Positions 18,658 through 27,976 of a stretch of DNA of 64,000 nt are shown in pieces; within the stretch, counting starts at the first letter, position 1; the number at the start of each line of letters is the position of its first letter. Below the pieces are notes generated by a model. The model ran no database searches. It was not told the origin of the DNA and saw only the letters and a list, made by a program, of their open reading frames with translations. The stretch lies in IMG/VR virus record IMGVR_UViG_3300030047_000010; one strand, written 5' to 3'. The stretch is from a virus (Duplodnaviria > Heunggongvirae > Uroviricota > Caudoviricetes). A program made the translations under genes and the position numbers.

Positions 18658-18960
18658 CTAAATTGCCGTGTTTATGTGAAAACCATGTTCAAAAGACCAG
18701 GACACAACCTGATACAATAACTCGTGAGTACATTTACCAGAAATGCTATTGCACCAAGGATCCAAACGGCACGCAATACCAAGATGAGGTTCCGAAGATT
18801 TCGTGCCTGTTAAAACTAGCAGATCATTCAGATCAGCTAAAGCTTTGGGCCACAAAGCCCTATCTTCAGGCGACAGATACAATACAAAAGTAAAAGTATC
18901 TAGAGGCTCTTGGGTAAAGCGTACATTACAGAGAGCAGCCAATAGCTTTTTGAAAAACAT
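18658..18960 (-). CDS. Hypothetical protein, 100 aa
   Basis: Minus-strand ORF preferred over the overlapping plus-strand ORF 18600-18893, which needs a TTG start. Confidence 0.3.
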   Translation of the reverse strand: MFFKKLLAALCNVRFTQEPLDTFTFVLYLSPEDRALWPKALADLNDLLVLTGTKSSEPHLGIACRLDPWCNSISGKCTHELLYQVVSWSFEHGFHINTAI

Positions 18961-19112
18961 TAAGTTACCTATTCTAGAAAATAGCCCCTAAGCACCAATC
19001 ACACTTCCATGACAACAGATGCTTAGGAGCGTCACAAGAGCATATCAAAAAGGAGGTGGCCAACCTAAGGTAGTCCCAGAAATCTACTATGCCAAGTAGT
19101 GGGCACCTAAAG

Positions 19113-19610
19113 TCAAGCAGCGCCCAAAGATAGCATAAACTTATCCGGAGGACCTTCAATTAAATCGCCATCACTGTTGAAGTAGAAAGAAACGTTCTCC
19201 AGATCATTCTCTTCCTCGGAGACACCCAAGAGCTGTTCCTCCGTAAAAGCATTGGAATTAAATTCCTTGGGCCGCTTTGCCAAGTCAGCGTTCGTAGTAA
19301 TGTGGTACCAATACCCGTGCTCAGACTGACGAAGAGAATCAAACCTCGGAAATGTTTTTGCCATCTGGGATGCAGCAAGAGGATTTTTCAATTGCTCAGT
19401 GAACAACTTCAATGTTGACTGCAAAAGCTTTGAGAGAACCTCTGTGCGATTTTCACCACCAGAGGACTCCTGCAAATTTTTGACCTCACCGGCACTAAAT
19501 GGAAAATAGACCAGCTTAATACCATCTACAACGTAGTCATCTGCGTCATAGGACTGCTCTTTTGTACGATAGGTCTCAGCGCAAAGCACAAAAGTATGAT
19601 TAGATTTCAT
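19113..19610 (-). CDS. Hypothetical protein, 165 aa, coupled to the ARH gene
   Basis: ORF; 11-nt overlap with the upstream gene. Confidence 0.45.
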   Translation of the reverse strand: MKSNHTFVLCAETYRTKEQSYDADDYVVDGIKLVYFPFSAGEVKNLQESSGGENRTEVLSKLLQSTLKLFTEQLKNPLAASQMAKTFPRFDSLRQSEHGYWYHITTNADLAKRPKEFNSNAFTEEQLLGVSEEENDLENVSFYFNSDGDLIEGPPDKFMLSLGAA

Positions 19611-20496
19611 GCTGAAAAATCCTCAAGGATAACAGTTTGATGTCCAAGGTATTGAGAAACTCTAAACCGAAATTTAGATTATCTGCTTTAGCTTCCAACC
19701 CAGTCAGCAAAAATGTAGGATAGAAGCTCTCAACTTCATCAGTCAGAGATGCCAGCCCCAAGGCAACAGCAGCAACGGAATCAGTATCACCCCCGAAAGA
19801 AATAGCCTGCTTCAACATGTCTACAGCCGTATGATTTCCAGAGAGTGCTGTCCAAACTGCTTGGATGGTCTGCTCAGCATCACAGGCTACACGACCGGCA
19901 TCCGCACTGCGCAGTACCAGAGCATAGTGAAGATCGTTCCAAACAATCTTTGGTAGACTCTCAATCTTCTCACCCTGAAGCAGAGCGTGAGACATCAAAC
20001 CAACAACCTGAGATGATAGCCGCCCTATGAACGTATCATGTGTAACTGATGCCTGGATATCGGCAACTCGCAAAACAGTAGCAGCATCATGAAGCAACCC
20101 AAGAGGCACAGAACGCATTAACGCACCATTACGAATGCTGTTAGGTTGGATCCTAGACAGCAGATCTGCACCGTTTTCACAGGTCACCAATAAATCATAG
20201 AAGCGTTCAGCATACCCGCGTCGGGGATCACGCCTAAATGTAGTTACAAAAGCATCAGCAAAAGCTTCTCGCGTGTACGGACCACCAGTGAGCAAAAGCT
20301 CTGCAACAGCGATAGACATTTGGGTATCATCAGTGTAGCAGCCCAAAGGAAGAGCATGGTCACCGCCGAGATGGTGCCTACGGTATTCAGTTACTGTATT
20401 AAGCTGATTGACTTCATCTTGGGGAGCAAACTCAAACCCTGCTCCGTATGCGTCGCCAATAGCAATGTCAAGCAGCATTAGTATCTCCCGCATCAT
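19600..20496 (-). CDS. ADP-ribosyl-glycohydrolase (ARH/DraG family)
   Basis: The motifs GDAYGAGFEF, YTDDTQMS and GGDTDSVAAVALGLA match the three signature regions of the ADP_ribosyl_GH family. Confidence 0.8.
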   Translation of the reverse strand: MMREILMLLDIAIGDAYGAGFEFAPQDEVNQLNTVTEYRRHHLGGDHALPLGCYTDDTQMSIAVAELLLTGGPYTREAFADAFVTTFRRDPRRGYAERFYDLLVTCENGADLLSRIQPNSIRNGALMRSVPLGLLHDAATVLRVADIQASVTHDTFIGRLSSQVVGLMSHALLQGEKIESLPKIVWNDLHYALVLRSADAGRVACDAEQTIQAVWTALSGNHTAVDMLKQAISFGGDTDSVAAVALGLASLTDEVESFYPTFLLTGLEAKADNLNFGLEFLNTLDIKLLSLRIFQHEI

Positions 20497-20947
20497 CCAA
20501 CCATATGGATGTGACTATATGAGGTTTTGCGAATCCAGTAGTAGAGCAAACAGCATTGAATATAACACCACCCGTAGACGGTTCGCTAGACTTAAGCGTC
20601 ACAGAGCAGACAGCATTGAATACAAGACCATGAGCACTTAATTCTGTCAAAGTATTCTTAAACCACTCACCAAGAATCTCCTGAGAGCAGTCGCGCAACT
20701 GCCCCCAAACAGTGATCACACCAATGTAAAATTTAGCGTTATACGGCTCTAAAACGATATCCCATTGAAGGGGTCCGTTAGAACCGCAGGGAACCTTAAT
20801 CATAGCTAGGAGGTATGGATCATGCGTATCCTTAGGAACACACATAGGTCCCATGATGCTCTCCAGCAGCCTATCCATATCAGGATCAGCTACATCACCA
20901 CCAACATGAAAGGACGCCAGAACATCTACAGATGTTATTTTTTTCAT
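20468..20947 (-). CDS. Hypothetical protein, 159 aa, with an internal 12-aa direct repeat (VFNAVCSVT / IFNAVCSTT)
   Basis: ORF. A 24-bp near-identical direct repeat at about 20556-20640. Confidence 0.45.
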   Translation of the reverse strand: MKKITSVDVLASFHVGGDVADPDMDRLLESIMGPMCVPKDTHDPYLLAMIKVPCGSNGPLQWDIVLEPYNAKFYIGVITVWGQLRDCSQEILGEWFKNTLTELSAHGLVFNAVCSVTLKSSEPSTGGVIFNAVCSTTGFAKPHIVTSIWLDDAGDTNAA

Positions 20948-20974
20948 ATAGCTACTCCCCAGTTGCAGTAGACA

Positions 20975-21412
20975 TCAGACAAGTTCCTCTATATCACTTC
21001 GAGTACGTAGAAAAGAAAACAGAATCTGATCCAAAGAAGAGTGCCAGTCTGAGATCAAAGTTAATGTTGACTCTTCTGGACTGTTCACATTCTCAACATT
21101 GAGAAACATCCCAGGGTTGTCCAAAGAGGATACAACCACAAGAGAAATGGTAAACGTACCCAAAGATGTCTTCGGAAGAAAATTCAAGAGGAACAGATTT
21201 CTTTCTACTAGCTGGATACTCCATGCGTCAGCCGATACAGTACCCGCAGTAGCCTGTTCAATCAGAGCTGCCAGCCAGATGGCCTGTCCATGCACAGGGA
21301 CACCCCTAAAGATAACCTTACTGAGAGTAATCATTGTCTGGAGCAGTTTATAGAAAGGAACGTGATCCTTCTGCATAGAAAGAAGCAAGTCCGGAAGATT
21401 ATTTTTAACCAT
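20975..21412 (-). CDS. Hypothetical protein, 145 aa
   Basis: ORF. Confidence 0.45.
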   Translation of the reverse strand: MVKNNLPDLLLSMQKDHVPFYKLLQTMITLSKVIFRGVPVHGQAIWLAALIEQATAGTVSADAWSIQLVERNLFLLNFLPKTSLGTFTISLVVVSSLDNPGMFLNVENVNSPEESTLTLISDWHSSLDQILFSFLRTRSDIEELV

Positions 21413-21680
21413 TAGTTGTGATCTCCTTTGTATTTAATAACCTACCAAGTGTTTCATGATAGCGTTCCTTAATAGCGTTCCTTAATAAAAGGGACACGCC
21501 GAAAAGCATTTCCTGAAACTTTTTCCAAGACATACGAGATCTCTTCGGAACACGCCAACGTGTACCTAAAGAAACCATGCTCTTATGACAAGTGGGGCAC
21601 ACAGCACCGCTACCCTGGCAGCGCCTGCGAGCTACGGTCATGCAGTCAAAACAGACCCAAGTCGTACAGGAGTAAACCAT
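21405..21680 (-). CDS. Cys-rich zinc-finger-like small protein, 91 aa (CFDC…CQGSGAVCPTCH). Possible regulator; leaderless start.
   Basis: ORF. The ATG is 6 nt after the -10. A palindrome sits in the promoter spacer. Confidence 0.45.
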   Translation of the reverse strand: MVYSCTTWVCFDCMTVARRRCQGSGAVCPTCHKSMVSLGTRWRVPKRSRMSWKKFQEMLFGVSLLLRNAIKERYHETLGRLLNTKEITTNG

Positions 21681-21686
21681 GAGTCA

Positions 21687-21715
21687 AATTTACATTATTT
21701 ATGTAAATTTGTCAA
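21687..21715 (-). promoter_or_regulatory. Promoter TTGACA-N17-TAAATT. The spacer and -10 form a 9-bp inverted repeat AATTTACAT…ATGTAAATT, a putative operator.
   Basis: Seen directly. The ATG at 21680 lies 6 nt downstream. Confidence 0.55.
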
Positions 21716-21721
21716 CTAGTT

Positions 21722-23866
21722 TTAATAACCGGGACCATTATCATCAGCAAACAAGCTCAACTTCCTAGGTGTTGAGTAGCCTGCGGATGTAATTCTAGAC
21801 TTAGCTGTGTTAGGATTTCCTCTATCTAGATACCGTTGGTACGCTTCTATAGGGTTAGTGCTTGCACCAGAGAAACACCCAAGCACAGCAACACCAGCGC
21901 CACCGAGTCTTCCTGAGCCCAGACCAGCGTTGCGTAACTTTTGCAAAACACGGGGGTCTTGATAAAAGTGAACAGCCAAGCAGAAGGCACGGAATAGGTC
22001 ATCATCACCATACTTTGGTTTTAGTAACTTGCCAGAAATATCACGCACTGTCATGATCTGCAGGATTAATGCGAAATTATTCTTCAAAAACGACTGTTCT
22101 ACAAGATCATCTTCTGTTGATCTGTTCACAAATACGTCCAAACTCACCTCTGATGGAGGTAAGCTTACTTTCATGTTCATGATATCTTGTTTGATTTGAA
22201 TAAAGTCTAAGGGCTTCAATGAGTACTTATGCGCCTCGATATTAGCATCGCGTAATTCTTGCACGTCACCAATAGAATTCCATTGGTCAAAGGCCACTAA
22301 AGCAGTCGTTGTCTGTGTAGCTAAAGGCAAAATGAAATCTCTAAACATCTTACCTAAATTAATCTGCTGATCCTTCTCAGGTTTCAGATACATACAATGG
22401 TCTATCTTTAACTCCCCTGCAGGTGTAGCCGATGCAAGAATACAACCAAAACCGTTATTGTTAAGACCGTAGTCAAAAGACATGATTCTAGGAGTATACG
22501 GATCAAACGCTTTGTTTAATGAATACCAAACAGATGTTTGACCAAAGTTATCAGTGGATATTTCTTTCTTCACAGAAATAACAGGCTTGTCGGATTTCGT
22601 TCGAACACAAGCAATAATGGGTTTTGGGTCGGGCATCCAGGGTGAATCGGCTACTGGTGGTATAGCACCGTAATCACGCAGGGCATTGTCATAGTTCTTT
22701 GCAAACTCTAGTCTAATAAACTCGGAGTCTCTACTGTAGTTGGGATTGAACTCCCATGTAGCCCAGTGACCTGTGAAAATACGTGGTTCATTACGAGATT
22801 TACGAATAGTACGACACATGACATCATTAATGTCAGAAGGACTACTGATATCAAATGCAATACCCATAGGGGTATCATACTCACCACCCTCAAATAACTT
22901 TGTAGCAGCATTACGAATAGTAGCTAAACTATTATTCAAAGACTGCCAAACTTCTTCGGCATCACCCAGTTTCTTAGCCTGAGTTACATCAATTTTAGAG
23001 TCAAACCAGCCAATCTCATCGACTGATGTAAAATACCGTGTGCGCCCACGTAACTTACGACAATCAGGAACAGCACAAGAGATACCTAAGTTTTTATGGT
23101 GGTATGTTGTATACGTAGCATTAGACGTAAACAACTCAATACCCATACGCTTACCAGCATCTCGTAGAAAATCATGATATTCACGATACCATGGAGATTC
23201 ATTACGGTTCGCAATGAACTGCTCCCAGATATTCTGCGTAGCCTGTTCCAAAGTGATAGCTGTAAAACTCATACGAAGGAATGTCGGAGTTAAACCAAAA
23301 AACTTGGATGGAGATACACGATAACCATTACGCTCTAGTGTTAAGTAACGATGATTTTGATAATGTGCAGCAAATACAAGAGCTACGTTTTTGCCTGAAC
23401 GCTGACCGCACAGTAGAGCAGCAGCTTGTGGAAATTTCCAGTCATTAGACTTATAGAAGTCTAATCTAGTTTTCCCGCACTTAGGGCATCTACCGTGATC
23501 CAAAAATTGAATCCTATCTTGAATCTCTCCAAGATCCTGATCATACATATCATACAACAGATCTTGATCACTACAGTCATAACAGGCATCACCAAATAAA
23601 TGAGTAAGTATCTGAATCTGACGAGGGAATGGTGTCGAATTCATAAACTGACGACCCGTACAAAACTCAAATACATTTCGTGCTCTTGGTATCTCTCGCT
23701 CATCCAAAGCTTCAAATACAGATGAGTCTAGATCAGCACTGATTGCTTGGGTAACCAAATCATCCGGATCAAAATCACTTCCGACAGCTTCTGCTTGCGA
23801 ATAAGCCCGTAGATTTTCAAACTCAGAACTTACTATTCTGGTAGCTGATTTCTTTCGTGCAGCCAT
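21722..23866 (-). CDS. terL: Terminase large subunit (putative), 714 aa
   Basis: Walker-A-like GQRSGKN. Walker-B-like FTSVDEIGW. C-terminal RNaseH-like nuclease motifs IMSFDYGLNNNG and LVAFDQWNS. N-terminal Cys4 (CYDC…CPKC). GGAG RBS. Confidence 0.55.
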   Translation of the reverse strand: MAARKKSATRIVSSEFENLRAYSQAEAVGSDFDPDDLVTQAISADLDSSVFEALDEREIPRARNVFEFCTGRQFMNSTPFPRQIQILTHLFGDACYDCSDQDLLYDMYDQDLGEIQDRIQFLDHGRCPKCGKTRLDFYKSNDWKFPQAAALLCGQRSGKNVALVFAAHYQNHRYLTLERNGYRVSPSKFFGLTPTFLRMSFTAITLEQATQNIWEQFIANRNESPWYREYHDFLRDAGKRMGIELFTSNATYTTYHHKNLGISCAVPDCRKLRGRTRYFTSVDEIGWFDSKIDVTQAKKLGDAEEVWQSLNNSLATIRNAATKLFEGGEYDTPMGIAFDISSPSDINDVMCRTIRKSRNEPRIFTGHWATWEFNPNYSRDSEFIRLEFAKNYDNALRDYGAIPPVADSPWMPDPKPIIACVRTKSDKPVISVKKEISTDNFGQTSVWYSLNKAFDPYTPRIMSFDYGLNNNGFGCILASATPAGELKIDHCMYLKPEKDQQINLGKMFRDFILPLATQTTTALVAFDQWNSIGDVQELRDANIEAHKYSLKPLDFIQIKQDIMNMKVSLPPSEVSLDVFVNRSTEDDLVEQSFLKNNFALILQIMTVRDISGKLLKPKYGDDDLFRAFCLAVHFYQDPRVLQKLRNAGLGSGRLGGAGVAVLGCFSGASTNPIEAYQRYLDRGNPNTAKSRITSAGYSTPRKLSLFADDNGPGY

Positions 23867-23916
23867 AAGGCAACTCCAATTAAATTGGTAATTTAATTAA
23901 CATCCCCTATAGATGT

Positions 23917-23944
23917 TATATAACAATTCATACTCAAATGTTAA
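23917..23944 (-). promoter_or_regulatory. Possible promoter TTAACA-N16-TATATA upstream of the terminase gene
   Basis: Weak match to the sigma70 consensus. Confidence 0.3.
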
Positions 23945-23960
23945 AAATTTGCATATCATA

Positions 23961-23995
23961 CAAAATAAAAGCACGCAAATACGTGCTTTTATTCA
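23961..23995 (-). terminator. Intrinsic terminator. Stem aaagcacg/cgtgcttt, loop caaata, then UUUUAUUUUG on the minus transcript.
   Basis: Seen directly, just downstream of the acidic 386-aa gene. Confidence 0.7.
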
Positions 23996-24015
23996 TTTAT
24001 CTGCCTAATTTCACA

Positions 24016-25176
24016 TTATATACGATAGGACTCAACCAGATTTGACTCTTGGATAAGCCGAGCTAGCGACTTAACAGCCGCTGTGGCACCTCGCTGTTCT
24101 TTAATCTGAGCTAACATTGAAGCTACAGTTTCGGTGTCACCATCCATATAGGAAGCAGCCGCCTTATAAAAAGCTGTTGTACCATCAGCAGCCGTTGCTA
24201 CCAGAAGCGGAATTTTCTTAATAGCAGACAAGCCATCAAAAGATGTTAAAGCTACGCTAGACTGTGCTTGTTGTGCAGCAGGTGCTGCCTTCTTTGCAGG
24301 AGGAAACTCCTGATTGAACAAGTCATTGAGTTGATCATCAGATGGAGCTCCACCCTCGTCAGCAACAGGAGTACCACCACTACCAACATTTCCGGTATCA
24401 TCATTAGAGGTACCATCAAAAGGAGAACCGCCAGCATTACCATCCTCAGGTACAGACGCAAATGGATCACTACCGTCCTCACCTTCAGCAGGTTGTTCTT
24501 CAGACTGCTCTGCGGGAGCTTCTTTTTCTTTAGTAGCGTCTTCCACAGCTTGATCTAGAGATTTCGTTTCATCTAAATCATCAGCAAGACCACCACTACC
24601 GGGGGTTGATGTCTCCATATCATCGGTATCCACATCATCAGCAAAGCCACCCTGATTCTGCTGCAAAGCATCTGTTGCAGCATCTTCCGCAGGAACAGCC
24701 GGTGCTTGACTATTAAGAGCCAACGACTGAAACAACTCATCGGACTTCTGTATCGCAGGATCTACACTTAAATCTTGTGCTGCTGGATTGGGCTGCTCTT
24801 CAATATCAGCACTATCCCGGATGCCATCCTGATTAACATCGTCCTCGCCGGTAAACGACAGATCGGCTGTGATCTTAGTGATGGTTCCTTGTAGCTTTTG
24901 CATGAGTTTTGTATCCTGGCCAAGAGCAGCCATGGACTGGATAGTCAACCCAAAACTTGTTGTCACACTACGCAAGTCATTAAATAACTTTTGCTTATTC
25001 TCAAGAAGAGTTCGATACGCTTCTTCTCTGAGATTCTGACGCATGGCATCAAAAGCGTTTAGTACGTCATCAGCATTAGACGCAGTAGCAAGCTGATGCC
25101 CAGATTTCTCCAAATAGCTAGTTAGCACAGCTAATGCACGGTTAACATTATCATGAGGCATATCAAAATCTCCCAT
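24016..25176 (-). CDS. Highly acidic, low-complexity protein, 386 aa (scaffold-like or internal virion protein)
   Basis: Long D/E/G/S/A/P-rich central region. Followed by a strong terminator, which suggests high expression. Confidence 0.5.
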   Translation of the reverse strand: MGDFDMPHDNVNRALAVLTSYLEKSGHQLATASNADDVLNAFDAMRQNLREEAYRTLLENKQKLFNDLRSVTTSFGLTIQSMAALGQDTKLMQKLQGTITKITADLSFTGEDDVNQDGIRDSADIEEQPNPAAQDLSVDPAIQKSDELFQSLALNSQAPAVPAEDAATDALQQNQGGFADDVDTDDMETSTPGSGGLADDLDETKSLDQAVEDATKEKEAPAEQSEEQPAEGEDGSDPFASVPEDGNAGGSPFDGTSNDDTGNVGSGGTPVADEGGAPSDDQLNDLFNQEFPPAKKAAPAAQQAQSSVALTSFDGLSAIKKIPLLVATAADGTTAFYKAAASYMDGDTETVASMLAQIKEQRGATAAVKSLARLIQESNLVESYRI

Positions 25177-25694
25177 TAACTTATCAAGCTTGAAGTATCT
25201 ATCTGAGTTTCTTCTGGTTGGTTACCTGAAGTATCTTGCTGAATATCATAGCGAAGCACTTCTTTGGTACCAGCAGTATCTGAATATGAACTTACAGTAA
25301 TTTCAGTATCTGTTGTTCTTGAAATCGTTTTCTTATATGGTGCTACAGCATAACCGATACGAGCTACAGCATTTTGAGCAGAGGACCCAACAAATAACAC
25401 CATAGCATCTATTAAGGAACCTGTGCTATCCCGTGTTAAAATAAGGAACTGCTGAGCAGTTGCAGCAGTTGCTATTACAGAGGCATCAAACACATAAAAA
25501 TATATAGATGTATCTGTAGATGACACAACCATAGGATTCAAAGACGATTGGGCTACCCAAGCAGCGGATACGTTGCTATAGTACTTAAGTTCTGTTGTTG
25601 TACCAACAGTAATATCTTGAATACTTACTGTGCAAGATGCTCCCGCAGCCACTAAACGAAACTTGTCGTTCTTTGCTATTTCAACATTATACAT
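25176..25694 (-). CDS. Hypothetical beta-rich protein, 172 aa
   Basis: ORF. Confidence 0.45.
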   Translation of the reverse strand: MYNVEIAKNDKFRLVAAGASCTVSIQDITVGTTTELKYYSNVSAAWVAQSSLNPMVVSSTDTSIYFYVFDASVIATAATAQQFLILTRDSTGSLIDAMVLFVGSSAQNAVARIGYAVAPYKKTISRTTDTEITVSSYSDTAGTKEVLRYDIQQDTSGNQPEETQIDTSSLIS

Positions 25695-26007
25695 ATTGAA
25701 GAGTCTCCGGATCCAAACGTGTCATAATTATCTCGCAGAATGACTCTATGCTCTCACGAGGTACGATGTCCGAAGCAGATACTTCACCACTACCATAAAT
25801 GGATACAAATTTCTCAGCCACATTCTTCTCAATAAACTGCTTAACCAAGGATTCTTTTTTATCCATACTGTACTTAGTAAGAGCACGTCGAAAATGTGCC
25901 CAATCATCTGCTACTGTTTGAAATTCATGCATGTAATTATCAAGCAATGTCACCCAAAGTGATACATAACGAGCATTTGGTGATATAGGATTAAATATGG
26001 AACTCAT
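25687..26007 (-). CDS. Hypothetical protein, 106 aa
   Basis: ORF. Confidence 0.4.
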   Translation of the reverse strand: MSSIFNPISPNARYVSLWVTLLDNYMHEFQTVADDWAHFRRALTKYSMDKKESLVKQFIEKNVAEKFVSIYGSGEVSASDIVPRESIESFCEIIMTRLDPETLQYV

Positions 26008-26390
26008 TAGTTATCCTTAGCAAATGCAATCAAAGCTGCTGTTGTTACTACAGTACCGTCTTTCTTAACAAGGATAAGTCCCGTATCCACATAATGAGCA
26101 AGCAAACGAGCTAAATAGCTATTTGCCGTCCAACCAGTCTCTACAATAGAATCTATCAATTGTATTGGCTGCAATCCGATGTAAAGAACACGACGCTCAC
26201 GTACTATAGGTGAATCAGCAGGTCCGAGTGGTACAGGCTTAGGACTCCACTCATAGTTACAAGGATTTCCATCCATAGTATCTAAAGGAACACGCACTCT
26301 ATTCCGAGCTTCAACGGGAGCATTGAGAAATGCAGGAAATGGAGACGATGCCGAATCAAATACGGCAGGATTTAGCTGAACTGTATACAT
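26007..26390 (-). CDS. Hypothetical protein, 127 aa
   Basis: ORF. Confidence 0.4.
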   Translation of the reverse strand: MYTVQLNPAVFDSASSPFPAFLNAPVEARNRVRVPLDTMDGNPCNYEWSPKPVPLGPADSPIVRERRVLYIGLQPIQLIDSIVETGWTANSYLARLLAHYVDTGLILVKKDGTVVTTAALIAFAKDN

Positions 26391-26397
26391 TGTACCC

Positions 26398-26871
26398 TCA
26401 ACTCAAGTGATGATAAACTAGACCAAGATGTCGTTCATTACCCTTTAAGAAGGGCTCTACTACAAGAGATGGATGAATTACAATCTCAGTATTGATTTTA
26501 TGTAACCAAGCAGGTGTATCTGCATGTCCCCACGTACTAGCCAGCCCGAGATCTCTTATCACCTTCATGTTCTTTAGCCGAACAACGGGGAGATCTGTAT
26601 ATTGAGAAATTGCGGATTTAAGCCTACTCTCAATAGTAGTAAACTCTTCTTTTGTTGCTATAACGGAAGGTTTACGCTTAATAGCATGAGGGTGCTTATC
26701 TATATCTACAGCTATAAGGGTATCCACCAGTGTATCAGGAGATACAACTACGTACTCTTCCGCCATATTAGTACTACGAATAATAGCACCAACCGGAATA
26801 TCCACATCCTTAATAGGCTTTGTTACCGTCTTACAGGTAATAGGATGTACAATTAAAAAGTCCTTACTCAT
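26398..26871 (-). CDS. Hypothetical protein, 157 aa
   Basis: ORF. Confidence 0.45.
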   Translation of the reverse strand: MSKDFLIVHPITCKTVTKPIKDVDIPVGAIIRSTNMAEEYVVVSPDTLVDTLIAVDIDKHPHAIKRKPSVIATKEEFTTIESRLKSAISQYTDLPVVRLKNMKVIRDLGLASTWGHADTPAWLHKINTEIVIHPSLVVEPFLKGNERHLGLVYHHLS

Positions 26872-26877
26872 GCCACC

Positions 26878-27882
26878 TCAAACGTGATAGTTAGCGTCTG
26901 ATAAGAGGTGTTCACGAGTATAGTCTCGGAGCTTCTTTAACAGATCATCTTTGTTCAAAGCATTAGGACGAAGCCCAAGAGCACCTTCTAAAAATGATCG
27001 AGAGAAAGCCAAAATTGTTATAAACTGCAGATGCAACGGATTTTCAGATAAAGATACTAGCATATAACCTGTACCTGATAAGCGGTACACCAAGGTGTTC
27101 TGCATTCTCGGGTAGGGAGCAAAACCCTCACGAGATACCAGATAACGCTTAATAGAAGCCAAAGGATCCTCGACAGACCTGTTGATAGGAACAGATTTCG
27201 AGATAGCAATGTTATACTTGTTGTTTGCATACACAACATCACGAATAAACCAGTCGGATGATGCGCTACTTACGAAATTATATGTTTTTAGATTTTTATG
27301 TAACTGTTGAACAAAGGACCTAATTAGGTATCCTTCTTGTATACCCTTCTGAGTTAAGGGCTGCTCACTTTGATGTTGAGGTAAGCGAGAAACACGAGTA
27401 TCTTCTGAAAACGGAACAATATTAGCATGAGATGCTTTATTAAAATAAAGCTGCACCGCAATTGCCCAGGCAGCACGATCTTGCTGGCCTGCTAAGTTAT
27501 CGGCAACCCTAGGCATAGCCATAAGACGATCCCAAAGCATCTTACCTTGAGGGTTTATATTTTTAGGATACACACCAGCACCAGGACGTGTCTGTGGTGC
27601 TGCAGATGCGTGGAAGTCAGAAGCCTGTACTGTCAATTTAACCGTACCATGAAATGTTGTTGTAGCAGCAGCTACAATAGTGTTTCGAGTTGGCTGTTTA
27701 GTGGAACCCACAAATTGAACAAAAGAGCGCAAAACATCAGGTGCCCCTGAATAAACAAGCCAATCCTGAGCATCTTCAACACGTGCAAGAGCCACAGCAT
27801 CACTCGGGCTTCGCAGCATTTCACGATATACTGATGCCCTACCAGTAGAATCGTAGAAAAAAAGTAGATGTACTGTTGACAT
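26878..27882 (-). CDS. Hypothetical protein, 334 aa
   Basis: ORF; AAGGG RBS. Confidence 0.5.
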   Translation of the reverse strand: MSTVHLLFFYDSTGRASVYREMLRSPSDAVALARVEDAQDWLVYSGAPDVLRSFVQFVGSTKQPTRNTIVAAATTTFHGTVKLTVQASDFHASAAPQTRPGAGVYPKNINPQGKMLWDRLMAMPRVADNLAGQQDRAAWAIAVQLYFNKASHANIVPFSEDTRVSRLPQHQSEQPLTQKGIQEGYLIRSFVQQLHKNLKTYNFVSSASSDWFIRDVVYANNKYNIAISKSVPINRSVEDPLASIKRYLVSREGFAPYPRMQNTLVYRLSGTGYMLVSLSENPLHLQFITILAFSRSFLEGALGLRPNALNKDDLLKKLRDYTREHLLSDANYHV

Positions 27883-27913
27883 ACGCCCTTAAAGAGGTTG
27901 TTAACAATCCTAC

Positions 27914-27942
27914 TTGACAAAAATACAAATAGAAACTATATT
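27914..27942 (+). promoter_or_regulatory. Sigma70 promoter TTGACA-N17-TATATT driving the plus-strand alarmone-hydrolase gene
   Basis: Exact -35 and -10 hexamers with a 17-nt spacer. AAGGAG RBS and GTG start downstream. Confidence 0.7.
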
Positions 27943-27976
27943 GTAATTGTGAACTAGAACAACAAAGGAGCACACA

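Noticed and set aside
18961-19112. 152-bp intergenic region with an 8-bp inverted repeat, examined as a possible tRNA or small RNA
   Set aside because: No cloverleaf could be drawn: no T-arm GTTC-like or acceptor pairing. The stem has a 25-nt loop and no U-run. Nothing supports an RNA gene.
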